Program-made: the position numbers and the translations under genes
Notes under the pieces: model-generated
Seen by the model: the letters and a program-made list of their open reading frames with translations, nothing else
The model's database searches: none
What the model was told of the DNA's origin: nothing
Part shown: positions 31,501 through 40,710 of the stretch, in pieces
Layout of the letters: each line of letters starts with the position of its first letter
How positions within the stretch are numbered: the stretch's first letter is position 1
Source of the DNA: Spirochaetia bacterium
Lineage (GTDB): Bacteria > Spirochaetota > Spirochaetia > DSM-2461
DNA: 64,000 nt
Direction: 5' to 3'
NCBI GenBank assembly: GCA_963666985.2
Contig: CAXXIA010000002.1
Location: 352,001 to 416,000, forward strand

Positions 31501-31646
31501 GTAACGGTGATTATCGGAGCATATTCATCTTCCACTGCCGCAACGAGGGATTCGGTAATCGGTGCACACGTTACAAGCATCAAATTAAACAGAACAATGG
31601 TAATACGGCTGATAATTTTCACTGTATTTTTCATAAGTTTGCCCAT
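28500..31646 (-). CDS. Ser/Thr/Asp-rich surface lipoprotein with tandem Ig-like repeats
   Basis: Lipobox LVTC; repeated DTTPP-V-TIT...TAEDxAGN modules. Confidence 0.78.
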   Translation of the reverse strand: MGKLMKNTVKIISRITIVLFNLMLVTCAPITESLVAAVEDEYAPIITVTSPDDNSNYYSTVIVEGTIEDDAITSGDGKGSVSSLSFTASSLLQYCGYITVDTEGNVTQVTSKGEVLIDFNASTGDFSFEMDTNDFSSSSMQIDITAVDFNGNESSTNITLRESDGPYIVLDGFASSTYVGGDEISITGIVGNSYEDYIGGATDLDEVSLLTLDIPELGVDESEVYLDVAAAVDSGETGTISVHSSKSQGFDFELNIAARTFSAVMTLPSTVPSSLNITVGAEDRNGHGYEDGDYLSKNDGTVQLSIVSPTSSPRTYFSTSNAPSVDFEIWSEPGYTDLYDFYLTAASSGTTTEQTSGFTYDSSTQYVTGSINLSSHSSNVTLTAKAASSSGSDYSQQSITVYADNNGPVIDITDFNVGDGDAYAHYGETVEIQFTVTDSLSGYDTSDVPTVTIGEDSITPTLSGSLWTASYTLPSKNANSSQYDSYNNSNIPFTITAEDVLGNSTSIDETLSGDAQYSPVVYYHDVPDDADIDIVVENTDNAAYSDYAVSGDDLGITVDVGRVLDLSASEFLLIFDGGDTEEITLSATGTDGVYSGSLTINDSSHAEGSVDYEFTYADVAGNASSDGAFHDEDVLTLDYTGPTISITNVSPTGAVEAGTVVTVTFTAKDDGTNITDSDDITVTFGGASAASVGYGSGVWTATYTPTTVQSSALAIKVTADDFLGNQNSVTNSTSITSIVDTTPPVVTITGISPSGGTVEVGTLITVTFTVVDGSTAVTSGLNTSNVTFGGNAAASVGYGSGVWTAAYTPTATSSSFAIVVTAEDSAGNEGSDTETIAIVDTTPPVVTITGVSPSGGTVEVGTLITVTFTVVDGSTAVTSGLNTSNVTFGGNAAASVGYSSTDSAWKATYTPTATSSSFAIVVTAEDSAGNEGSDTETIAIVDTTPPTVTITGISPTGSVSAGTTITVTFTVTDGGTAITAGLDTSNVTFSTASGTASAASVGYSGSAWTATYVPAAAVSPLTISVTAEDAAGNEGSATDNTTITSVTE
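28810..29426 (-). repeat. Near-identical ~300-bp intragenic tandem duplication (Ig-like domains)
   Basis: GGAGGCGTCGT recurs at ~28810, ~29116 and ~29416; long identical stretches between units. Confidence 0.88.
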
Positions 31647-31650
31647 ACCC

Positions 31651-33852
31651 CTACTCCTCGATAAACATGATTTCGCCGGAGCCTTTCATCTCGGCGGCAC
31701 GAGCGCCCCGGGTATCGGCCAAGTAGGAGTATTTATCCGCCAATGCAGGATTGATATTTTTCAGTTTCTCCGAGTAATAATCGGCCAAGTCATAATTTTC
31801 CACTTCATAGTAGGTTTTCGAAATATTCAAAAGAAGCCGTGAATAAGCGGAGGAATCCGTCCGGCCGCTCTCTTCGAATCGTTTCTCCGCGTCATGAAAC
31901 AGACGAAGAGCGTTCTGATACTCTTCACGGAGGTAATAGATATTGGCAAGATTGATCTTCGCGGAGATGTAATTCCGATCCTTGGCCAAAGCATTGTTGA
32001 ACGCCGTCTCGGCTCGGTCGTAGGATTCAAAACGCGCCGAGACGATTCCGTACTCGTTCCAGCTCCCTTTATTCCCGTTTTCTCTCGCCGTGAGCTCGAA
32101 ATCGTCGAGAACCGAGTTTTTTACTTTTTCCAAACCGGAGCGGAAATCCTGAACAACCTTCGTCCTATCCCCGTACTGCAGCCCCAAGTCACTCTCTTCG
32201 AAACCGACGGGTCTGTAGATTTTCTGAGCTTCCCGAGTGTAATACAAACCGAGAGCATCATCTTCGTCGATAAAACGGGCGAATTCCTCCGAACCCGAAC
32301 GCCAAGCCGTTTGAAAATCATCTTCCCCGATGAACGTGATTTCCACGGGAACCCAAAGAGTGCCGTCGAGATTAATCGTCATCGATTTATCCGGATTGAT
32401 TAATCGATAATCCTTCGCGGGGAGTCCGGTGGAGAACATCGAATAGATATGCCCGGGCACCGTAACAAAGGCCGTTTCAATGCCGGAGGATTCCAGCAGC
32501 GAATTAAAAAGAACCGTTAAATCGTCGCAGTCTCCGGAAAGTTTTTTCAGGGTGTCCCGCGGGAGATTCACCGAATCAATGACCAAATCGTTTCCCTGGG
32601 CGTCTTCGAACGAAAGTGTCGGATCACGCTGATAGATGCAGCCTATTTCCGTCAAACCGTAATAAATCTGCATGGCGGTTTGAACGGCCTCGCTATAGCC
32701 GGGATTCGAAATGTCCTTACAGGTCTGCTTCAAGTAGCCGGTGTAATTGGCCAAAGCGCTGTCGCCGACGGTCATGAACGCGGCGACCTTTCTGTCGTCG
32801 TCCCAGGTTAAAGAGTTCTTGTCGTAAAGATCATACGAAATCGGACCGCTCTGACTCACGGTGCGGGAACGCAGGGTATACTCCACGGAGACCTTGCCGG
32901 TGAGCGGAGTGACTCCGGACATGGAGAAAATTTCCTTGTTGAATACCGCATAAAGCGGAACGGTTATCGATTCGCCAGGGCCAATGTCCGGCACGTCGGC
33001 CGTGGGCGTGGCCACGTCCATAAAACCGGCCTGATCGAAGGTTACCTTGAGATTTGTAAGCGGATACTTCTCGGTATTGGTTAGAACGACTTCTCCCACG
33101 GGGTGGTCCACGTAATAACTCTGCATGGCGGCGAACATGTCGCTGATGCGGATATCTTTGAATTCTATGGATCGGATATCGGCGGCCGGATCGTCCGGAT
33201 CGATGCCGAAGCGGTAATCGGCGCGAATGCCGATACCGAAGATAAAGCCGTTGAACCGCTTGAGCGGAGAAAAAGACCGGTTATATCGTATCGAAGGACG
33301 AAGCTGAAGACTGATGTTGTAACTCGGATTAAACGCCGCCGTTCCTCCGGCGGATACCTGCAGATCGGCGGCGCCGTGAGCCTCGCCGGAAACCTGATCA
33401 AGATTGGGAAAAACCGAATACCCTATGCCGAGTTCCACGTCGGCACCGAGTTCCGCCTGTTTGCTCAACTTATGCTGATAGGCCAATCCGGCGGTAAAAA
33501 AAAGTCTTGTGTAATCAAAGTTGTCCAGATCGGGATCCGCGGCGCTGTATTGAGCCTGATTCATAAAAATCCCGATTCGGGCCTGAGGCTGAAGCTGGGG
33601 AATCGAAGGAAGAGGAACGCGGCCGACAACGGAAAAATCGACTTGGCTGAAATCCCCTTTGTAATCCGTTCCGAGCATGGATATCGGTGAGACGATCTGA
33701 TATTCGGCTCCGATGGAAAAAGGAAAACGGTAAACCGTATTATAATTGACTTTTCCCGCCGTGCTTTGCGCAAAAACGCCGCCGATGCAGGAAAGGAATA
33801 AAATAATGAAAAAACTTACTCTGTTTGCATTGAGCAACTTCATAGGAGTCAT
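31651..33852 (-). CDS. Secreted protein: N-terminal beta-barrel-like region, transglutaminase-like domain, C-terminal TPRs
   Basis: Signal peptide; beta strands ending IRADYRFG; GDCDDL...PGH...WVPVE; TPR helices (AFNNAL, NLANIYY). Confidence 0.68.
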   Translation of the reverse strand: MTPMKLLNANRVSFFIILFLSCIGGVFAQSTAGKVNYNTVYRFPFSIGAEYQIVSPISMLGTDYKGDFSQVDFSVVGRVPLPSIPQLQPQARIGIFMNQAQYSAADPDLDNFDYTRLFFTAGLAYQHKLSKQAELGADVELGIGYSVFPNLDQVSGEAHGAADLQVSAGGTAAFNPSYNISLQLRPSIRYNRSFSPLKRFNGFIFGIGIRADYRFGIDPDDPAADIRSIEFKDIRISDMFAAMQSYYVDHPVGEVVLTNTEKYPLTNLKVTFDQAGFMDVATPTADVPDIGPGESITVPLYAVFNKEIFSMSGVTPLTGKVSVEYTLRSRTVSQSGPISYDLYDKNSLTWDDDRKVAAFMTVGDSALANYTGYLKQTCKDISNPGYSEAVQTAMQIYYGLTEIGCIYQRDPTLSFEDAQGNDLVIDSVNLPRDTLKKLSGDCDDLTVLFNSLLESSGIETAFVTVPGHIYSMFSTGLPAKDYRLINPDKSMTINLDGTLWVPVEITFIGEDDFQTAWRSGSEEFARFIDEDDALGLYYTREAQKIYRPVGFEESDLGLQYGDRTKVVQDFRSGLEKVKNSVLDDFELTARENGNKGSWNEYGIVSARFESYDRAETAFNNALAKDRNYISAKINLANIYYLREEYQNALRLFHDAEKRFEESGRTDSSAYSRLLLNISKTYYEVENYDLADYYSEKLKNINPALADKYSYLADTRGARAAEMKGSGEIMFIEE

Positions 33853-34030
33853 CCACCCACAGAAGAAATATTAACTCGTTTTAACAATCAAATCTTTCCG
33901 AAAATACATTTACCGTCACGAATATATAAAAAAAATCGGGATGTCCCGGGGATTCCCGGCGGGAATGATTCACCGAATACTTCCGGCGGGTATGACGGCG
34001 ATTATTGTCCGATTCGGAATTCGGGGACTC

Positions 34031-34783
34031 TCAGTATTGAACCGACTCCAGGAAAAGCCCTTTCGCCGGAGCGGTTTTTCCCGCCTCGGTTCGCTTTCCG
34101 CTCTCCAAAAGCTTCGAAACCGAATCAGCGGGCCTCCGGCCCAATCCGACCTCGATGAGAGTTCCGATGATGATCCTGACCATATTATGAAGAAAACCGT
34201 CCGCGGTCAGGCGGATTTCCAAGATCGAATTATCTCCGAAATGCTCATCAATGTCCACGGCTTTGAGGCTGCGCTCCGCCGATTTCGTTTTTGATTTCAT
34301 CGTGGTAAAAGCCGAAAAATCATGGCGTCCGAGTAAACTCGCCCCGGCGGTTTTCATGGCTGTGATATCCAAGGGTTCGGCAATATGCCAGGCATACTTA
34401 CGTTCGAAAGGATTGGGCCAGAGACCGGTATCGATACGGTAAAGATAGGTTTTTTCCACGACTCGGTATCGGGCGTGAAATCTTTCATCCGTTTTCTCGG
34501 CGTTGATAACCGCGATGTCGTCGGGTAGGTAGCGGGCCGCGTGCCGGAGGATCATCGGGGAAGTCAGTTCCGCTTCGGTTCGAAAATGTGCCGGCTGCGC
34601 CAGAGCGTGAACGCCGGCGTCGGTTCGGCCCGAACCGGTTACCAGGATTTCAGCTCCGCAAAGAGTCGAGATAACGGCCTCGACTTTTGACTGAACCGTA
34701 TCGCCGGAAGCGTCTTTCCCGAGTCTCTGCCAGCCCTTGTAGCGGGCGCCGTCGTAACGAATGATGATTTTCCAGCTCTGCAT
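34031..34783 (-). CDS. truA: tRNA pseudouridine(38-40) synthase
   Basis: YDGARYKGWQ, GSGRTDAGVHA, FLHNMVRIIIG and TAPAKGLFL motifs. Confidence 0.96.
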   Translation of the reverse strand: MQSWKIIIRYDGARYKGWQRLGKDASGDTVQSKVEAVISTLCGAEILVTGSGRTDAGVHALAQPAHFRTEAELTSPMILRHAARYLPDDIAVINAEKTDERFHARYRVVEKTYLYRIDTGLWPNPFERKYAWHIAEPLDITAMKTAGASLLGRHDFSAFTTMKSKTKSAERSLKAVDIDEHFGDNSILEIRLTADGFLHNMVRIIIGTLIEVGLGRRPADSVSKLLESGKRTEAGKTAPAKGLFLESVQY

Positions 34784-34970
34784 CGCTGTAGAGTACAGCG
34801 CCGAAGGGCGCGGGGGGAAGATGGTTTTGCCGCCTCATCAACGCCGAATAATCGGCCGTTACATCAGAATACCCGCCCGATGGAATGCCGCTTTTGGGTA
34901 ACGGACAAGATTCATGCGCATCAATAAAAATTTTTTGTTTCTTAATCCATCGGTCATTACTATTGATTTA

Positions 34971-35804
34971 ATGAATATAAGAAAAATTAAAAAGACGCTT
35001 AGAAAAATCCGCGGCATAACAAAACCCAGGTGGCCTACTCCCGAATATGACGACAATAATCAGCCTCATTTTCTTTTTCTTATTACTCCTCCTTACTCCG
35101 GTTCAACGGCAATTGCAAAAATTCTGGATACAGGGCGAAGAACAATGACTCTGAGCAATAATGGCGAGGGGCAATGGTTGATACCCGGACTCTGTAAAAA
35201 GGATCGTTGGAATCCTGATAAGAAAGTGAACTATAAATCCATAAAAGCCGTTTGGCTCAATAAGTATCAAAGCAAGAAAAAATTGAATCAAGATATTGAA
35301 GTTGTAATAGAGAAAAGTCCGCCGAACATGGTCAGAATAGAAAACATAACATCGCTATTCAAGAATCATTCATTTCTTGCCAATAATCGAAATCCTTACG
35401 CAAATTGTGCCAGCATTCTTTATCGCCTCTATAATCCAACAAAGATCTCCATGGAAAAACGGAAACGAATCTTGGAACAATTGGCCGAAGGATGGCTGAT
35501 GAGAAGCCGCAGAATAAAAGAACTTATTATCAAGTATAAAGTTCCACTCTTAACTTATGAACAGTTTTGTCAAAATCCATCCTCTATATTGGATTCTTTA
35601 AATCTTCCGAAGGGTGTCTCTGAAGACATTGATATAAACGCTGAAGTTAAGGTAAAGGATTACAAACCTCAAATAATCTCCAATCATAATGAAAGACAAA
35701 TCTCAAACTTAACCAAGAAAGATATTGAGAACATTAATCACATATTGGAGAAAGAAAGAAATCTTTTAGACTTTTTTGGATATGACCTTTTGAAGAAAGT
35801 CTAA
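34971..35804 (+). CDS. Sulfotransferase-family protein (AT-rich islet)
   Basis: PAPS-loop-like PPYSGST, EKSPPN, RNPYANCAS and YEQFCQNP motifs; start set at 34971 from promoter spacing. Confidence 0.75.
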   Translation: MNIRKIKKTLRKIRGITKPRWPTPEYDDNNQPHFLFLITPPYSGSTAIAKILDTGRRTMTLSNNGEGQWLIPGLCKKDRWNPDKKVNYKSIKAVWLNKYQSKKKLNQDIEVVIEKSPPNMVRIENITSLFKNHSFLANNRNPYANCASILYRLYNPTKISMEKRKRILEQLAEGWLMRSRRIKELIIKYKVPLLTYEQFCQNPSSILDSLNLPKGVSEDIDINAEVKVKDYKPQIISNHNERQISNLTKKDIENINHILEKERNLLDFFGYDLLKKV

Positions 35805-35866
35805 AAAATCTATTCGGGGAAACTTTTCCAAAATCGTCAAACGGATGATGAACAAAAAATCCGCCG

Positions 35867-37147
35867 TTACCGGCCGTGCTTCCTGAATGCCGCCCACGTT
35901 CCGCGCAGCTTTTCGGCAAAGGCGTAGAAACGATAAATCACCGGTCTGAGAGGATAATCCCAAGCGCCCCAATAATGCCGAATCTCTCCGCCGAATCCTG
36001 TTTTCATCCGCCACAGGCCGTGCATGGGATGAGAAGGATCATCGGAAGGAGAGATTCCGAAGAAATCGTATTCTTCGGCGCCTTCGGCGCGGGCATCGCT
36101 TATGGCCCGCCACTGAAGGAGGTAATTGGGCATGAGCTCCCGCTTTCGTCCGCCGGATGCGCCGTACATATAGGTGGAACGCCGCCCTATTCTGCCGACG
36201 ATGATTCCCGCAAGAGCCTGGCCTTCGTGTTCGGCGAGATAAAGAGAGAAGGACGGCTCTTGATGAGGGGTGGAACAAACCGCGGATTTCGGTTCGTTCG
36301 AAAGTATCCCTTTTTCATCCGCGAGCGGTTTCACGGCGCTCCCCGCGGCCTCTCCCGAAAACAGCCGCCGGTAATAGGATTCCGGATGCAGAGCGATGCC
36401 GTCACGCTTGCCGGTTTCTTCGTACAATTGATACCACGCCGGTATGGCCGCCAAGGCTTGCTCTCCGTTCAAACGCGTTATTTCAACACCCTTCTTGGCG
36501 GCCAATCGGATGTTGTAGCGCGTTTTCTTATGCATCCCGGCAAGGAGTGTCTCTTCATCGGGGGCAAGATTGAGTATGACGGTATCAGGCGGCTGCACCC
36601 GGTAAGGGGCCGACTTAAGCGGAGGCGGAAGCGGCTTTGGATGGGGGATGGTCGCGGCGGCCGATACGGGGCCGCGGGTTCCGCCGGTGAGATCGAAACG
36701 GAGAAGAAAGCAGCGCGGCTTCAGATGAGGTTGAGCCGCTGCCGCCAGGGACGAGAGAAAGAGGCTGGCCGCTTCGGGTGATAATCCCTCCGGCAGCTCG
36801 GGGCCGTAGGGGACGTAGGCTATGGAAAACCCGCCGGGGAAGGTTCGCTCCAGGATGAGCAGACGGCCTTCGCTTGCTTTGAGGTCGGGATTATCGAGAG
36901 GATCGCCGGTTCTATCCGCGCCGTTTACGCCGTCTGCGCTTTCCGCGCCGCGCGGGGCGGTTAAAGCGGCCGCTTCGGTAAAGCCGGAGGCCATCAGGGT
37001 GAAAGCTTTGGCCTCCCATCCGGATGCGGCCTTGAAGGCGGCCCAAAAACCGCTTTGGAGAAGATTGTCCCCGCCGGTTAATTCGGTCGGCGAAAGAGGC
37101 CGGAGCGTTATGGAAAAAGGATTCACGCGCCGCGCTTCGGGGGTCAC
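35867..37147 (-). CDS. femX: FemABX-family peptidoglycan aminoacyl transferase
   Basis: LLQSGFWAAFK, YVPYGP, KKTRYNIRLA, YMYGAS, YDFFGI, KTGFGG; GTG start. Confidence 0.88.
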   Translation of the reverse strand: MTPEARRVNPFSITLRPLSPTELTGGDNLLQSGFWAAFKAASGWEAKAFTLMASGFTEAAALTAPRGAESADGVNGADRTGDPLDNPDLKASEGRLLILERTFPGGFSIAYVPYGPELPEGLSPEAASLFLSSLAAAAQPHLKPRCFLLRFDLTGGTRGPVSAAATIPHPKPLPPPLKSAPYRVQPPDTVILNLAPDEETLLAGMHKKTRYNIRLAAKKGVEITRLNGEQALAAIPAWYQLYEETGKRDGIALHPESYYRRLFSGEAAGSAVKPLADEKGILSNEPKSAVCSTPHQEPSFSLYLAEHEGQALAGIIVGRIGRRSTYMYGASGGRKRELMPNYLLQWRAISDARAEGAEEYDFFGISPSDDPSHPMHGLWRMKTGFGGEIRHYWGAWDYPLRPVIYRFYAFAEKLRGTWAAFRKHGR

Positions 37148-39430
37148 CTAGCCAACCTTGCCCTCACGGACCTTCCCGGTTTTCAAGGGGGCGCCGGAGA
37201 GAACGAGTCCGGTTTCGCCGACGGTAACCCGGCCGTTCGATACGCGGATGGGTGTTTCGAAAAACCGGTCGATGGAAATCCTTCCCGCGGGAGGATCGGC
37301 GGGTACGGCGCCTTCAAGGAACACCCGTTCACCAGGTTCGGCGCTGGGCATGAGGACCTCAAGGTTCTCATCATCGTCTTCGGCGGCCAGAAGCATGCCG
37401 TGACTTTTGATGCCGCGCAGCTTGGCGGGCTTCAGATTGAAAGCAAGAACGATTGTTTTCCCGTCCAGATCCTCAGGATTGTAATGCCCCACGAGTCCGG
37501 AACAAATGGTTCGCGGTTCTTCGGTGCCGTCGTTCAGGGTAATCACGTAGAGTTTGTCGGCATCCGGATGCCGCTTTACCGCGGTGATGCGGGCGGCGCG
37601 GAGATCCAGGGCCGCGAAGGACTGTTCGGGAGTTAGGGGAACATCGGATGAGGATTCGGCGGACTCAGGTTTATTCGCCGCCGATCCGGCGGCAGCGGCT
37701 CCCGAGGAATCCGGGGAGCCTTTTCCGGAGGCTTTTTTCCCGGCGGCTTTTTCTTCAGCCGCGGCTTCGCCGGCGGCCTTTCGCTCGGCCTGAGAGCCGC
37801 TGAAGCGGGCCCGAAGATCGGCGATGCGGTCGTCTTCAAGCTTCTCGAAAAGAATCTCCGGCTTGGCAACCGTTTCAGTCCCTTCGGTAAAACCGAGGAA
37901 AGACCAGGAGTCGTCTTCCATGCCGTACCAGTCGGCCATTTTCGCGGCTGTTGAAGGCATGTAGGGCTTCATCAGGATAGCCAGATCGCGAACGAGGAAG
38001 GCCAAGGTTTTAATGAGTTTCGCGGCCTCTTCGGGGGATTCCTTGCGGGTACGCCAAGGCTCACCGGCCTGGAAGACTTTGTTTCCGAAGTCCGACAGCG
38101 CGAAGATTTCGCGGAAAGCCCCGCGCAGTTCGGCCCGGTCCAGCTTGGCGGTGATGTCGGCCTCGCGTGCCTTTACCTCGGCCCAGACGGCCTCATCAAG
38201 CGGTGCTTCGGGGATTGCCCCGTCATAGAAACGTCCGACGAAGGAAAGAGTGCGGTTCACCAGGTTGGCGAAATTGCCGATGAGTTCGCCGTTCACCTTT
38301 TCCTGAAAGTCGGCCCAGGTGAACTGATAGTCGGAGGTTTCCGGCCGGTTGTAGTAAATATAGAAACGCCAGACATCGGCGGGGATGCCCGTTTCGCGGC
38401 AGTCGGTTCCGAAAACGCCGACTCCTTTGCTCTTGGAGAACTTGCCGTCTTCATAATTCAGATACTCGGAGGAGCTCATGTGGTGGAGCATGGTCCACTT
38501 CTCTGTGGAGGCCAGCAGCGTGCAGGGAAAAATAACGGTGTGAAAGGGAATGTTATCCTTCCCGATGAACTGGAAGAGTTCGGTATTTTCGGGATCCCGC
38601 CACCAATATTCCCAGTTGTCGGTAAGATCCATCGTGATGGAAATATAGCCTATGGGCGCGTCGAACCAGACGTAAAAGACTTTATCCTCGAAACCTTCCT
38701 TGGGCACCGGGATGCCCCACTTGAGGTCGCGGGTAATGGCTCTCTCTTTCAGGCCGTCGCGAATCCAGCTTTCGGTCATCTTCACGGCATTGTTGGCCCA
38801 GAAGCCGTTCACTTTGGCCTCGTTCATCCATTCTTCAAGCTTCGGTTTGATGCCCGGTAAATCGATGTAGAGATGCCGTGTGCTTCGGATGACCGGCGTG
38901 CTGCCGCAGGTGCCGCAGCGGGGATTTTCCAGTTCGGTCGGATCGAGCAGTTTTCCGCAGTTCTCGCACTGATCGCCGCGGGCATCCGGATACCCGCAGT
39001 GCGGACAGGTTCCGTGAACGTAGCGGTCGGCAAGAAATCGCTGATCGTGCTCGCAGTAGAGCTGTTCGATGGTGTTTTCTTTGATGAATCCGGCCTCGTC
39101 GACTTTTTTGAATAAATGCTGAACAATCTCGGTCTGCTCGGGTCTGCTGGTCCGGCCGAAATGATCGAAATCAATCTCGAACCAATCGTAAATGTCCACG
39201 TGAACCGCGTTGTAGCGGTCGCAGAGATCCCGCGGCGAAACCCCTTCTTCCAAAGCCCTGGTTTCGGTGGCCGTGCCGTACTCGTCGGTACCGCAGACAT
39301 AAAGGGTTTCGTATCCGTACTGCCGGCAGAAGCGGGCAAAGACATCGGCGGAAAGAACCTGTATGAGATTTCCCAGATGAGGGATGTTGTTGACGTAGGG
39401 AAGTGCTGAGGTGATAAGGCGCTTTTTCAT
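37148..39430 (-). CDS. metG: Methionine--tRNA ligase with C-terminal tRNA-binding domain
   Basis: TSALPYVNNIPHLGN, zinc knuckles, YVWFDAPIGY, KFSKS, HPDADKLY. Confidence 0.97.
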   Translation of the reverse strand: MKKRLITSALPYVNNIPHLGNLIQVLSADVFARFCRQYGYETLYVCGTDEYGTATETRALEEGVSPRDLCDRYNAVHVDIYDWFEIDFDHFGRTSRPEQTEIVQHLFKKVDEAGFIKENTIEQLYCEHDQRFLADRYVHGTCPHCGYPDARGDQCENCGKLLDPTELENPRCGTCGSTPVIRSTRHLYIDLPGIKPKLEEWMNEAKVNGFWANNAVKMTESWIRDGLKERAITRDLKWGIPVPKEGFEDKVFYVWFDAPIGYISITMDLTDNWEYWWRDPENTELFQFIGKDNIPFHTVIFPCTLLASTEKWTMLHHMSSSEYLNYEDGKFSKSKGVGVFGTDCRETGIPADVWRFYIYYNRPETSDYQFTWADFQEKVNGELIGNFANLVNRTLSFVGRFYDGAIPEAPLDEAVWAEVKAREADITAKLDRAELRGAFREIFALSDFGNKVFQAGEPWRTRKESPEEAAKLIKTLAFLVRDLAILMKPYMPSTAAKMADWYGMEDDSWSFLGFTEGTETVAKPEILFEKLEDDRIADLRARFSGSQAERKAAGEAAAEEKAAGKKASGKGSPDSSGAAAAGSAANKPESAESSSDVPLTPEQSFAALDLRAARITAVKRHPDADKLYVITLNDGTEEPRTICSGLVGHYNPEDLDGKTIVLAFNLKPAKLRGIKSHGMLLAAEDDDENLEVLMPSAEPGERVFLEGAVPADPPAGRISIDRFFETPIRVSNGRVTVGETGLVLSGAPLKTGKVREGKVG

Positions 39431-39630
39431 AACGGGGAACATCTTACGCTCCGATGAGGGGAGGGTCAATGTGAGGCCCTTGTGCTCGGTGTTTGATTTT
39501 TCAGCCGACGGAGCTTTTAAGAAACAGCGCCTCCGCCGCTTTATATCGCCTTATCCTATCTTACTCTTGGTTCCGATATACGTGTACCGAAAGGCCCTCT
39601 CAATGCTATGATCGTGCCGCGGAGGCTTCA

Positions 39631-40710
39631 ATGGCAAAAAGGATTACTCAGGGCTCCTTAATCGGATTGATCCGCGATATTTTCATTGCAAAAGGAATGA
39701 ACCGCATCGATGCGGAACTGACGGCCGATGTTCTGGTTGCGGCCGATGCCCGGGGAATCCCCTCTCACGGCGTGGCAAGGCTCTGGCGGTATCTGGCGGG
39801 CATCGATAAAGGAGTCATGAAAAGTGAAGACGCTTCGGTTGTTCTGAAGGAGACCGATTCTTCCCTCCTCGTCGATGCCCGAGGTTCCATGGGGCCGCCG
39901 GTGAGTTTCCGAACAATGAAAAGCATCCTTGATAAAGCGGAGAAAACAGGTTTTTCCTTCGCGTCGGTTAAAGACTCGAACCATTTCGGCATTGCCGGCT
40001 ACTACGCGATGATGGCCTTGGAACGGGATATGATCGGAATCGCCATGACGAACACGGCGGCTTTGGGCGTTCCCACGTTCGGCCGGGAAGTGATGTTCGG
40101 AACCAATCCCCTGGCCGTCGCCGTTCCCTCGGGCAAGGAGATTCCCTTTGTCCTGGATATGGCGACCACGGTTATACCCCGTGGAAAGATTGAAGTCTGC
40201 GAGAGGGAAGGAAAGGAACTTCCGGCGGGCTGGGCCGTCAACGAGAAAGGACTGACCGCGACCAATCCCGGTGATATTCTGAAAAAGATGCTGAACCGCG
40301 AAGGCGGCGGCATTCTCCCGCTGGGAGGAGAATCCGAAGAATTCGGAGGCCATAAGGGATTCGGGCTTGCCGTTATGGTGGATATTTTCTGCGCCCTTCT
40401 CGGAGGCGCCGATTTCGGACCGGCCGTCGCCGACAGTCAGGCCACCTCCGCCAGAGTTTCCCATTTTTTCGGGGCGCTCAAGATTTCCCGATTTCGCAAT
40501 CCCGACGAATTCAAAGCCGACATGGATATTCTTCTCTCGCAGCTGAAAAACGCATCCCCGGCCGACGGACGGGAACGGGTTTATTACGCCGGACTCAAAG
40601 AAGCGGAAAACGAAAGGCAATCCGCGGCCGATGGAATCCTTCTTTCAGAGAAAGTATGGAACTCCATCCGCGATTTCGCGAAGGAACTCAACGTGGCGAT
40701 TCCGGAATGA
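39631..40710 (+). CDS. Ldh_2-family (type 2 malate/L-lactate-like) oxidoreductase
   Basis: ADARGIPSHG, SNHFGIAGYY, GTNPLA, DMATT and GGHKGFGL motifs; GGAGG RBS. Confidence 0.9.
   Translation: MAKRITQGSLIGLIRDIFIAKGMNRIDAELTADVLVAADARGIPSHGVARLWRYLAGIDKGVMKSEDASVVLKETDSSLLVDARGSMGPPVSFRTMKSILDKAEKTGFSFASVKDSNHFGIAGYYAMMALERDMIGIAMTNTAALGVPTFGREVMFGTNPLAVAVPSGKEIPFVLDMATTVIPRGKIEVCEREGKELPAGWAVNEKGLTATNPGDILKKMLNREGGGILPLGGESEEFGGHKGFGLAVMVDIFCALLGGADFGPAVADSQATSARVSHFFGALKISRFRNPDEFKADMDILLSQLKNASPADGRERVYYAGLKEAENERQSAADGILLSEKVWNSIRDFAKELNVAIPE

Noticed and set aside
39431..39630. T-box or SAM riboswitch upstream of metG
   Set aside because: The predicted promoter lies 10 nt from the ATG, leaving no room, and no T-box sequence is visible.
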